From an uncultured Candidatus Poseidoniales archaeon (GTDB taxonomy: Archaea; Thermoplasmatota; Poseidoniia; Poseidoniales; Poseidoniaceae): a DNA stretch of 64,000 nt. The position numbers were made by a program, and so were the translations under genes. The notes beneath the pieces were generated by a model. The model ran no database searches, was not told where the DNA came from, and worked only from the letters and a program-made list of their open reading frames with translations. Below are positions 54,060-62,446 of this stretch, piece after piece. The stretch spans positions 6,713 to 70,712 of the forward strand of contig CACEWA010000006.1 in assembly GCA_902563095.1 (NCBI GenBank), given 5' to 3'. The stretch's first letter is position 1; the number at the start of each line of letters is the position of its first letter.

Positions 54060-54785
54060 TTACTCTTCTTCCCACATTGCAATCATGTCTTGGATTGAAG
54101 GGTCATCTTCTTCAACATGATACAAGTAGTCTGAAGGCATTTCTTCACAAAGGAAAACTGTCTTTCCAGCACGCCAAATAGTGAATCCATCTGCAATTGC
54201 TCTAGTTGTATCAACTTCCAAAATTGCTGGGCGATTAATTCGAACATGTCCTGCTTCCATTGCATTGGAAATTGTCTTTGATAAGTGAACATGCTTTCTA
54301 TCACCTGCTGTTATTCCGTACTCCATGTGAGTTGCGACTGTTTCTGGGTCGCATGGCCAGTACAATGCTTCAGGAATATCATCAGTAGGTAAGTCGAGTT
54401 CTAATTCTATGGAGTGTCCGTATGTAGCCCTGATCATCTCACCTTCAACCTGGTATCGGCCTTTATCATCAGCATTTGCTATTGCTTCGAAATGCCAACC
54501 ACGTAGCCAGTGGAAATGCCTTCTCTTATTCTGGATAGCTTCGGAGAGTTCACGGGAATTGACCCATCCATTTAGGTCCATTTCAACTCCAAACTTTTCA
54601 GGCGCATGACGTAGCACTAATGCCAACATTCTTCCCAAACTGTTTGCTTCACGGTCGGACATGATGAATTTACCTTCTTCATTACAAACCGGACAATTAC
54701 TGCCAGTAAAGTGTCCGTTGTTGATTGAGCAAGAGCGCTTCTTACATTGACGCAACATATCTCGGGCTGACAGCAACCCCTTCAT
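54060..54785 (-). CDS. kptA: RNA 2'-phosphotransferase Tpt1/KptA with N-terminal zinc-ribbon extension
   Basis: Strings LSLGRMLALVLRHAPEKFGVEMDLNGWV, ATYGHSIEL and HVHLS. The N-terminus has CxxxxC-x11-CPVC. I chose the ATG at 54785; the ORF opens at the TTG at 54800. Confidence 0.8.
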   Translation of the reverse strand: MKGLLSARDMLRQCKKRSCSINNGHFTGSNCPVCNEEGKFIMSDREANSLGRMLALVLRHAPEKFGVEMDLNGWVNSRELSEAIQNKRRHFHWLRGWHFEAIANADDKGRYQVEGEMIRATYGHSIELELDLPTDDIPEALYWPCDPETVATHMEYGITAGDRKHVHLSKTISNAMEAGHVRINRPAILEVDTTRAIADGFTIWRAGKTVFLCEEMPSDYLYHVEEDDPSIQDMIAMWEEE

Positions 54786-54852
54786 AATCAGTTCTATCAA
54801 CTGAGATAATTTTCAGGGCAATGATGATGAAAGCAGACCGATTGGACAGTTC

Positions 54853-55992
54853 ATGCGAGCAGTAATTTCAGACTACTTGCGCACGCCTTTCCACAGAGCA
54901 CACAAGGGCGACCTAGCGTCAGTTAGGCCTGAAGACATGTTGGATGCGACTGTTCGAAGTATAATTGAAAGAAATAATATTGATGTAAATGACATTGAAG
55001 ACTTAATGTTAGGATGCGCATATCCTGAAGGAGTTCAAGGATTGAACCTTGGAAGAATCGCCACCTACCTACCTCAACTCCCCCACTCCATTCCTGGAAT
55101 GACAACAAATCGTTTGTGTGGCTCTTCAATGCAAGTTGCTCATACTGCAGCCGGCTCGATAAAAATGGGCTCAGGTGAACTTTTCTTGACAGCAGGTGTT
55201 GAAACTATGTCTTTAGTGAAAAGGGGCGGATGGAATAGAGACCTACACCCAGGAATAGAATCGAAATTCCCAGACGCATATATCTCGATGGGCTTGACTG
55301 CAGAAAACCTTGCTAATGATTATTCAATATCTCGAACAGAGCAAGAAGAATTTGCCCTGCACAGCCACAATAAGGCTCTGAGTGCACAAAGTAATGGTCT
55401 GCTTACTAAGGAAATTGTGGCAGTTAAATCTGAAGAAAAGGTTGTAGAAATCGACGGATGTATAAGAGAAACTTCTGTTGAAAAAATGTCTAAACTACCT
55501 CCAGCATTCATAGAAAGTGGAACTGTTACAGCCGCAACATCCTCACCATTAACAGATGGTGCAGCTTGCAATCTAATTTGCTCGGAAAAGTATGCTCAAG
55601 AGAATAGTATTGCTAGCCTTGCTGAGATTGTCTCCACTGCAGTTGTTGGAGTTCCACCTCACATTATGGGAATTGGGCCAGTTGAATCTTCAAAGAAGGC
55701 CCTAGCCAGAGCTGGCATCTCTATGGATGACGTAGATGTGATTGAGTTGAATGAAGCTTTTAGCGCTCAGTCAATCGCTGTATTAAGAGACTTAGATCTC
55801 GAATCTGATGATAAAAGACTCAATATTGATGGTGGAGCATTAGCAATCGGCCATCCATTAGGTGCTAGTGGAGCACGAATACTCGGCAAGGCCGCGTCTT
55901 TACTGAATAGAATTGATGGCGAATATGCATTAGCATCAATGTGTATAGGGGGAGGAATGGGAATTGCTACAGTTTTGCGTAAGTATGAATGA
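54853..55992 (+). CDS. Thiolase (acetyl-CoA C-acetyl/acyltransferase), bacterial FadA/AtoB-like
   Basis: 379 aa. The active-site Cys lies in NRLCGSSMQ. Other strings are NEAFSAQ, GGALAIGHPLGASGARIL and CIGGGMGIA. Confidence 0.9.
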   Translation: MRAVISDYLRTPFHRAHKGDLASVRPEDMLDATVRSIIERNNIDVNDIEDLMLGCAYPEGVQGLNLGRIATYLPQLPHSIPGMTTNRLCGSSMQVAHTAAGSIKMGSGELFLTAGVETMSLVKRGGWNRDLHPGIESKFPDAYISMGLTAENLANDYSISRTEQEEFALHSHNKALSAQSNGLLTKEIVAVKSEEKVVEIDGCIRETSVEKMSKLPPAFIESGTVTAATSSPLTDGAACNLICSEKYAQENSIASLAEIVSTAVVGVPPHIMGIGPVESSKKALARAGISMDDVDVIELNEAFSAQSIAVLRDLDLESDDKRLNIDGGALAIGHPLGASGARILGKAASLLNRIDGEYALASMCIGGGMGIATVLRKYE

Positions 55993-56027
55993 TAACCTTC
56001 ATCATATATCGCATTTGTACCTAAAAT

Positions 56028-57029
56028 ATGGGTATCCGAAAGGGGCGTAAAGAAGCGTTCGAAAATCTAAGCATTAGCGAAGAAGGAGACTGCCCACGCT
56101 GTGGGGGTGAAAGCCAGCCATCTTCTCTACCGGGTTACCTAAGTTGTGCTAGATGCGGTTATGAATGGAAAGACCCAGACCATGTGGCACAAAAAAGAGG
56201 GCCGCCAGAAACTTATCGCCGTGATGCAGAATTGATTGAAGAGTTCAAACAAGAAATGCAAAGTGGTGATTTGAGCAACGTATTGGGTATTGAAAAGGGA
56301 CTTTCTAGCGAGCAAGAGGCTTCTTTACAACGCTTGGAAGATAAGTGGATGAGTGGCATGAGTGGTCATTTCAATGCTGCTGCTGAAGAAAGGAAACCAC
56401 TAATGATCTCATTTGATGATAATGACAATTTAGTCGACACTACAGTTGGAAGTATAACCATTGTAGCGAATGGATTCGACGGTGGCGAAGAAATACGATT
56501 GGAATATCCTGGCCTCGGCACCGAATTCTATGCTTATGATGAGGCAAGCGAAACTGGATGGCGAAGAGGACGAACTGCAGAAGATACTGCACGCTCAATC
56601 ACAAATGTCATCAACAGATTTTCTAAATTGGTTTATGCCAATCAGGATGGAAGTATGATTTTACTAGAATTACGTGGCGAAGAACTCAATCCTGATTCGC
56701 TGGTAATATTCGTTGATGACCCTGGCGGCACAGATATAGTAGCTGAAAAGTCTGGAGTATCTATGGACCCAAGAGATGTTCGAATGGTTGAAGATTACAA
56801 AGTCGTAGTTGAAATTTGTTTAGCAGATGGAATTATTTCACCTTCTGAAGACCAAATGCTCTGGGCAATGCGTCAACAATTGGGAATCGATGATTATCTG
56901 CACGTTCAGATTGTTCAGCAAATTTTCGGAGACCATGCTCTCAAAGAATGCACAATATGTGGGGAGATGGCCGAACTTTATGCCGACTATGCAGCATGGT
57001 ACTGTCAATCATGTGAAAATTGGTGTTAG
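56028..57029 (+). CDS. Hypothetical acidic protein with a zinc ribbon at each terminus
   Basis: 333 aa with CPRC-x14-CARC near the N-terminus and CTIC-x14-CQSC at the C-terminus. The helical segment ICLADGIISPSEDQMLWAMRQQLGIDD is vaguely TerB-like. It lies 97 nt upstream of, and co-directional with, the actin-like gene. Confidence 0.5.
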   Translation: MGIRKGRKEAFENLSISEEGDCPRCGGESQPSSLPGYLSCARCGYEWKDPDHVAQKRGPPETYRRDAELIEEFKQEMQSGDLSNVLGIEKGLSSEQEASLQRLEDKWMSGMSGHFNAAAEERKPLMISFDDNDNLVDTTVGSITIVANGFDGGEEIRLEYPGLGTEFYAYDEASETGWRRGRTAEDTARSITNVINRFSKLVYANQDGSMILLELRGEELNPDSLVIFVDDPGGTDIVAEKSGVSMDPRDVRMVEDYKVVVEICLADGIISPSEDQMLWAMRQQLGIDDYLHVQIVQQIFGDHALKECTICGEMAELYADYAAWYCQSCENWC

Positions 57030-57036
57030 TACATCG

Positions 57037-57053
57037 AAATATAGATTATATTT
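57037..57053. promoter_or_regulatory. AT-rich palindrome AAATATA-GAT-TATATTT; candidate TATA/promoter element for the actin-like gene
   Basis: Read directly from the sequence. It lies 74-90 nt upstream of the ATG at 57127, just after the upstream gene's stop. Confidence 0.25.
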
Positions 57054-57126
57054 TAGAAGTATCAGTAAAGCGTAACATAGGCATTCTTCATAAGGTGAGA
57101 ACCAATCGCCCAAATAGGCGAGTATT

Positions 57127-58152
57127 ATGGCTGAAGAAGTACTATACATCGGAATTGACCTTGGAACCTTTCGCTCTGTTATGGTGTCCAGCGATAGTCA
57201 CGAAGAAGAAGAACTTACAGTAATTGGGACACCAAAGGACCCAATTGCACGAAATTTCCTGAAGAGAGATGTTCTATTCGGTAATGAAGCATTGAAGAAC
57301 AGATTAGCATTGAATCTATTCAGGCCTCTAGAACTTGGTGTAATTAAGGATACACCTGAAGACCGAGAATTCATTGCACATTTCATTACTCACCTGATTG
57401 GTTTGTCTGATCCTGAAGACTACGATAGAGTAGTTGCAGTTATTGGAGCACCTGCTGAAGCAAGTCACGTCGACAAGACTTCAATCTTCGATGCTGCTGC
57501 AGGCTCTGTGAACGCTGCTATGATCATCTCCGAACCTTTCGCAGTTGCTTATGCGCTAGACATGATTGAGCACACACTAGTAATCGACATTGGTGCAGGA
57601 ACTACTGACCTTTGCCGTGTATACGGTACAATCCCTGGACCAGGAGACCAGATGCACACAGGATATGCTGGTGACTACGTAGATAACCAAATCATCGTTG
57701 AAGTACAAAAGAAGTACAACGGTGCTCAAATCACTAAGGATATGGCTCGCAGATGGAAAGAGCAGTATTCCTTCGTATCAACTTCGACCCCTGATGACCC
57801 GATCATGGTCGACTTCTCAATTGAAGGTAAAGCAATGACTCTTGACATCACAGATTGTATACAATCAGCTTGTGAATCAATCGTTGACCCAATCGTTGAA
57901 AATGTTAAGCAATTGATTGCAGGTTCAAACCCTGAATTCCATGATGAATTCCGCAGGAACATGGTTCTAGCAGGTGGAGGCTCTGCTATCAAAGGACTTG
58001 GAGCACTTATCGAGCGCCGTCTATCTGATATGGGCGAAGTCAATGTCCATGTTGTAGATGACCCAGTCAGATTAGGAGCAATGGGTGGCCTAAGGCTAGC
58101 TATGGAAGTTCCAGAAGATATGTGGAAGAACTTGACTCTAGCATCTCGCTGA
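57127..58152 (+). CDS. Actin-fold filament protein, MamK-like
   Basis: 341 aa. Actin-fold motifs are YIGIDLGTFRS (phosphate 1), LVIDIGAGTTDLCRV (phosphate 2) and MVLAGGGSAIKGLG (adenosine). MamK-like strings are GTIPGPGDQ, WKEQYSFV and DDPVRLGAMGGLRLAMEVPEDMWKNL. Confidence 0.8.
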   Translation: MAEEVLYIGIDLGTFRSVMVSSDSHEEEELTVIGTPKDPIARNFLKRDVLFGNEALKNRLALNLFRPLELGVIKDTPEDREFIAHFITHLIGLSDPEDYDRVVAVIGAPAEASHVDKTSIFDAAAGSVNAAMIISEPFAVAYALDMIEHTLVIDIGAGTTDLCRVYGTIPGPGDQMHTGYAGDYVDNQIIVEVQKKYNGAQITKDMARRWKEQYSFVSTSTPDDPIMVDFSIEGKAMTLDITDCIQSACESIVDPIVENVKQLIAGSNPEFHDEFRRNMVLAGGGSAIKGLGALIERRLSDMGEVNVHVVDDPVRLGAMGGLRLAMEVPEDMWKNLTLASR

Positions 58153-58154
58153 GT

Positions 58155-58727
58155 TCACTCTTCTTCAGTTCCACCTAGAACTAAAGGTGAATCACAGTGA
58201 GGGCATCTGTCCTCTCGAGAAAGTAACATTGGATTTACTGCTAGCACTGCCAAACATGTCGGGCAGGCTGCTAACATTTCGTTTGCAGGTAACTTGTGCC
58301 CTTCATCATAGATTGAATATCCACTGTAGCCCATTTTGTAAACAGGATGGAAATGTATTCTGATGAATCTAATAGAGGAAAATATTGCATATCCTACAAT
58401 TAATGAGAATACGAGGCTAGTTATAGAACCAGAAAGCATCGTTATAACGAAGCTAAATAAGATGAAACAGAAAATTATGGTTAGTGCAGCGATAATCATT
58501 GGAACAAACCAATATGCCCATGCTGCTCTACTGCGATAACCAGCCCATACAGATAAGAAAAACAAACCTGGAATTAATGCCAAATTACCAAATATTTGGT
58601 AAACGAAAAATGTCACTATCAATGAATCAACCACGAAAACGAATGAAGTGCGACTATGAAGGGCGTCAATAGGATTAGAATGCTGAGGCCTCGAGCCTGC
58701 GAGAATCATCTCATCCGCATCTGACAT
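58155..58727 (-). CDS. Hypothetical 4-TM membrane protein with C-terminal zinc ribbon
   Basis: 190 aa with four hydrophobic helices followed by CPTC-x16-CPHC. It is convergent with the actin-like gene across a 2-nt gap. Confidence 0.5.
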   Translation of the reverse strand: MSDADEMILAGSRPQHSNPIDALHSRTSFVFVVDSLIVTFFVYQIFGNLALIPGLFFLSVWAGYRSRAAWAYWFVPMIIAALTIIFCFILFSFVITMLSGSITSLVFSLIVGYAIFSSIRFIRIHFHPVYKMGYSGYSIYDEGHKLPANEMLAACPTCLAVLAVNPMLLSREDRCPHCDSPLVLGGTEEE

Positions 58728-58832
58728 AGATTACACGAATCGATATTTGCAATTGAAACAACCGGTCATCTGTGAATATGAATGTGCATTTTCCAGCGAA
58801 GCCGTATTGAAGCAGGGACTTTTCCCCGTATC

Positions 58833-60014
58833 ATGCGTGACACCGATGTTGAGGTTCGCGGCAGTTCACTCAGTGGACGTCACGTTTTACTCGGAGTAAC
58901 CGGTGGAATCGCTGCAGTTGATACGGTTAGGTTAGCTAGGGAATTGCGACGACATGGTGCTGAAGTTTCAGTCATCATGACACAGTCTGCACAGGAGATA
59001 ATCACTCCAATGGCTGTAAGATGGGCTTCACAGGGAGAAGTAATTACAGATTGGGACGGTGATTTATCTGCTCTATCTGGATTTGATGCTATTCTAGTAA
59101 CTCCTGCTACACGCAATTTGATTGCATCATTCATTCATGGATTGATGAATGGGCCACTGTTGATGGCCCTTTCTGCAGCAAGAGGTAGAGGATGTCCAAT
59201 AATGATGGTCCCCTCAATGCACAATGACCTAGCAAATGACCCAGTTACTGAAGATTTAGTTGTTCAATGTGTAAAACATGGGGTGCAGGTAATATGGGGT
59301 GCCGAAGAAGAAGGCAAAAGAAAAACTGCTAATCATGAAGAAATCGTAGCGAGATTAGGCAATCTAGTCAACAAGAATTCTACTTCAGTAGTAGTCACAT
59401 TAGGTGCAACTCGTAGCGCAATTGATGATGTTAGGTACGTGCAAAATACCTCAAGTGGAAAGACTGGATACAAGATTGCCGACGACCTATATCGTCATGG
59501 TATGGATGTCACATGCGTCAGTGGGGTGACAACTATACAGAAACCAGAATGGCTACCACTCGACATCAAATGTCCAGATCCAGACCTAATGTTGGATGAA
59601 CTAAAGGCGTTAACAAAGGATAGAATCGATGTCTGGGTTCATGCTGCTGCTGTATTAGACTACATTATCCCAGAACCTATTGAAGGTAAGATCGCATCGC
59701 TCCAAGGAGACTTGGATATTCAATTAAAAGAAGGTGCAAAGCATATCAGTGAATTGAAAGATTTGTGTAAGGGAGCAGTTAGAATTGGATTCAAGTTAGA
59801 GAGTGGAATCAAACAGAAAGACCTAGTTCATCGAGCCCACGCTCAAATTCAAACTGCTGGAATGACTGCAACTATAGCTAACAGAATGGAAGATTACGGC
59901 AAAGAAGGGATGCCAAGAGGTTGGTTAGTCGATTCACACGGCGCTCATTTTATTCTAGAAACTGAGAATGACATGTGTAGTGCAATTCGTTCAGTAATCG
60001 AAAACAACAGGTGA
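58833..60014 (+). CDS. coaBC: Bifunctional phosphopantothenoylcysteine decarboxylase / phosphopantothenate-cysteine ligase (CoaBC)
   Basis: The flavoprotein domain has VLLGVTGGIAAVDTVRLARELRRHGAEV. The CoaB domain has VVVTLGATRSAIDDVRYVQNTSSGKTG. The ATG at 58833 is the likely start; the ORF opens at 58782. Confidence 0.85.
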   Translation: MRDTDVEVRGSSLSGRHVLLGVTGGIAAVDTVRLARELRRHGAEVSVIMTQSAQEIITPMAVRWASQGEVITDWDGDLSALSGFDAILVTPATRNLIASFIHGLMNGPLLMALSAARGRGCPIMMVPSMHNDLANDPVTEDLVVQCVKHGVQVIWGAEEEGKRKTANHEEIVARLGNLVNKNSTSVVVTLGATRSAIDDVRYVQNTSSGKTGYKIADDLYRHGMDVTCVSGVTTIQKPEWLPLDIKCPDPDLMLDELKALTKDRIDVWVHAAAVLDYIIPEPIEGKIASLQGDLDIQLKEGAKHISELKDLCKGAVRIGFKLESGIKQKDLVHRAHAQIQTAGMTATIANRMEDYGKEGMPRGWLVDSHGAHFILETENDMCSAIRSVIENNR

Positions 60015-60610
60015 TTTATCTGCGTCGCTTCGTCATTGTTGGAACTAGAGCGATGGCAAAGGGCAAACTTCCCCTGAATGATTTAGCCGGCGGCGCAGGT
60101 CGAATGGACGTCCTAATTAGGGCATTAATGTCCTCGATTCTGACCAGTCATGGAATAAGAAAAGATGTAGAATTCACAATGGTTTTGCTTGGTGGGCCAG
60201 GACCTGCAAGGAGAATAAAATTCGTTTCAAATGAATTGAAAGGAATTCACGCTGAAGAGAGAGCAGTTGCCGGTAAAGTTGCTGCAGTGATCAAAGAGCC
60301 GATTCCACCAAGAGGGCACTGGATTGAGCGAAGCCCGGGAATCTATGACGGAGGAGGAGATTTGGACATGACTTTGGATGATTGGAATTGCCCCATAGTT
60401 AGATTAGAAGCAGATTCTCAAAATCTATATTCTGGTGTACTACCAAGTGATTTTTCAATCGAAGACATCGGTTTCATTCTTGGTGACGATAAAACCCTAG
60501 AGTGCGAGAGAGGCATACCTAGGAGTCTAGGGAAGAACTGGTTACAAGGTCATACTTGCATAGCGATAGTTCACTTCCTACTAGACGAAGGAGTCAATTT
60601 AGAAATTTGA
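60011..60610 (+). CDS. trmY: tRNA (pseudouridine54-N1)-methyltransferase TrmY (SPOUT family)
   Basis: 199 aa with RRFVIVGTRA, LNDLAGGAGRMDVLIRALMSS and FILGDD. The GTG start overlaps the coaBC TGA. Confidence 0.8.
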   Translation: MIYLRRFVIVGTRAMAKGKLPLNDLAGGAGRMDVLIRALMSSILTSHGIRKDVEFTMVLLGGPGPARRIKFVSNELKGIHAEERAVAGKVAAVIKEPIPPRGHWIERSPGIYDGGGDLDMTLDDWNCPIVRLEADSQNLYSGVLPSDFSIEDIGFILGDDKTLECERGIPRSLGKNWLQGHTCIAIVHFLLDEGVNLEI

Positions 60611-60618
60611 ATATTAGA

Positions 60619-61542
60619 CTAAAGCCAGAGGGGGAGGCCATCTGTGCTGTTGTCTAGAGACCATCCTAGCAGTTGCATATCCATTTCAAGAGGGTGGGTT
60701 TGAGGCCAAGATGGCATACAAGTTACACTTGCTACACCTTTGACATCAGAGTCAACATCGCCTCTATCAACTGCATCAACATCGATTCTAGCAGCTCCGA
60801 GTTGGAAGGTAGATGTATCATTAGAGAATGTGATTGCGCTTCGATACCAGCGCATACCCAAGCGAGTTGAAGCAAAATCACCATTCCAGCCACGTGGGAC
60901 ATTTAGATTGAGTAACATTTCACCTGCAGCGAATGATTTTCTAAGTGCTGATATCGGGTCATCCATCCAAGGCTTACTCGATTGATTTGGCCAAGCAGTA
61001 AGGTGAGGTGCATTCACATCAACATGAGGACGGTTGAGATTTACTGGTTCATCAGGTAATACAGCAAGTGCTGCCTCAATCAATTGAATTGTTGCATCTA
61101 TTGCAACTTCCATACCTTCTGGGTCAAATGACGACCATGAAGAAGCGATTGCTGGCATTCCATACATTCCCGCCTCCCTTGCGGCAGCGATTGTTCCACT
61201 GTGGTATGCATCTTGAGAGAGGTTTGGGCCTAGGTTAATTCCGCTAACCACTAGTTTTGGCATTATTCCTGGGACTAATTTTTGTAATCCTCCATCCAAG
61301 GCTGCAATTATACAATCACACGGAGTTCCACCAATCGAAAATTGGTGAACATTTTCTCTTGGATCTTCCCTTTTGGTTACGGTGAGAGGTTTGCCCAATG
61401 ATATTTTCATGCTGACTGCCGAATTGTTTTCACTAGGTGCAAAGACAATACAACCGTGCCCTTTCTCATGAAGAGCAGTCACAAGGTCCTGAAGGCTATC
61501 CGCCTCAATACCATCATCATTCGTCAGTAGAATCCATGCCAT
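60619..61542 (-). CDS. surE: 5'/3'-nucleotidase SurE
   Basis: It starts MAWILLTNDDGIEADS and has VVSGINLGPNL and YHSGTIAAAREA. At 307 aa it is somewhat longer than typical. Its start overlaps the upstream gene by 26 nt. Confidence 0.85.
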   Translation of the reverse strand: MAWILLTNDDGIEADSLQDLVTALHEKGHGCIVFAPSENNSAVSMKISLGKPLTVTKREDPRENVHQFSIGGTPCDCIIAALDGGLQKLVPGIMPKLVVSGINLGPNLSQDAYHSGTIAAAREAGMYGMPAIASSWSSFDPEGMEVAIDATIQLIEAALAVLPDEPVNLNRPHVDVNAPHLTAWPNQSSKPWMDDPISALRKSFAAGEMLLNLNVPRGWNGDFASTRLGMRWYRSAITFSNDTSTFQLGAARIDVDAVDRGDVDSDVKGVASVTCMPSWPQTHPLEMDMQLLGWSLDNSTDGLPLWL

Positions 61543-62446
61543 TTTCAGCGCCTCCTTTAATCACAAACATGATTCCGATAATTAGAATCAAACCTCCAAG
61601 CCAAGTCCACTTTCCTGGAACGTCTTCGTTAAAGAAAAACCATCCAATAAAGGCACCAATAATCGGCTCAAGAGTTACTGCAAATGATATCGTTAGTGGT
61701 GCTAGCCACCTCAGACATGCGTTTAGTCCTGTGTGTCCGACTATACCTGCTAAGAATGCAAGTAATAGGAACCAACCTAGAAGTTCAGATTCAATCCAAC
61801 CAAGTGCAGCGGTCTCTTCACCCATGATTATTGAAACCGGAATTAGCAATAACCCTCCAAGTAATGTTACTGGTACTGCATAGACAAACACAGGCATCCA
61901 TTCCCTGAGTATGCGTCCAGCAACAATGTATCCAACTACTGTAACTGCGCCAGCAAATGCAAGGAAATCACCCCATAGAGTAACTTCACCACCATCCTTC
62001 GCATCAAGCAAAGTGATTGCAGCGCCAATCAAACCAATTATTGCACCTGCTGTCTCCAATCGATGTGGTCTGCGAACCAGAAGTGCTGTTCCAGCAACTA
62101 TGATGATTGGGTGGCTGGTAACAAACAATAGTGAATGGGCGAGTGAGGTGTGATCTAGAGAGGTTACCCAAGTTCCGAAGTGAGCTGCTAAAGCAACACC
62201 TGAGCCAAGTATAATCAGTATTGTTCTGCGTTCTTTCAATCTCTCTCTTGATGAAACATCCATCTGCTTAAATTGCCAAATTGCGAAAGGTAGTAGCATT
62301 AGTACAGTAATTTGTAATCTCCATGATGCCCGTATCAATGGCGGCACTGAATCAACATGTGACAGAATCGCACCTGCTGAGGATACACCTAGAACTCCTG
62401 CAACTAGCAAACCCCACACTAGTGGTGGAGTGCGTGACATAATCAC
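61517..62446 (-). CDS. EamA/DMT-superfamily transporter
   Basis: 309 aa with about 10 TM in two similar halves and Gly/Ala-rich helices typical of EamA repeats. This is a family-level call by architecture only. Confidence 0.65.
   Translation of the reverse strand: MIMSRTPPLVWGLLVAGVLGVSSAGAILSHVDSVPPLIRASWRLQITVLMLLPFAIWQFKQMDVSSRERLKERRTILIILGSGVALAAHFGTWVTSLDHTSLAHSLLFVTSHPIIIVAGTALLVRRPHRLETAGAIIGLIGAAITLLDAKDGGEVTLWGDFLAFAGAVTVVGYIVAGRILREWMPVFVYAVPVTLLGGLLLIPVSIIMGEETAALGWIESELLGWFLLLAFLAGIVGHTGLNACLRWLAPLTISFAVTLEPIIGAFIGWFFFNEDVPGKWTWLGGLILIIGIMFVIKGGAENGMDSTDE

Noticed and set aside
54801-54830. CTGA and ATGATGATGA strings in the tpt1/thiolase spacer, resembling D and C boxes of a C/D sRNA
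   Set aside because: The order is wrong on the plus strand, where the D-like box precedes the C-like box. The minus strand has no C box. The spacer is only about 67 nt, with no C'/D' pair or terminal stem.
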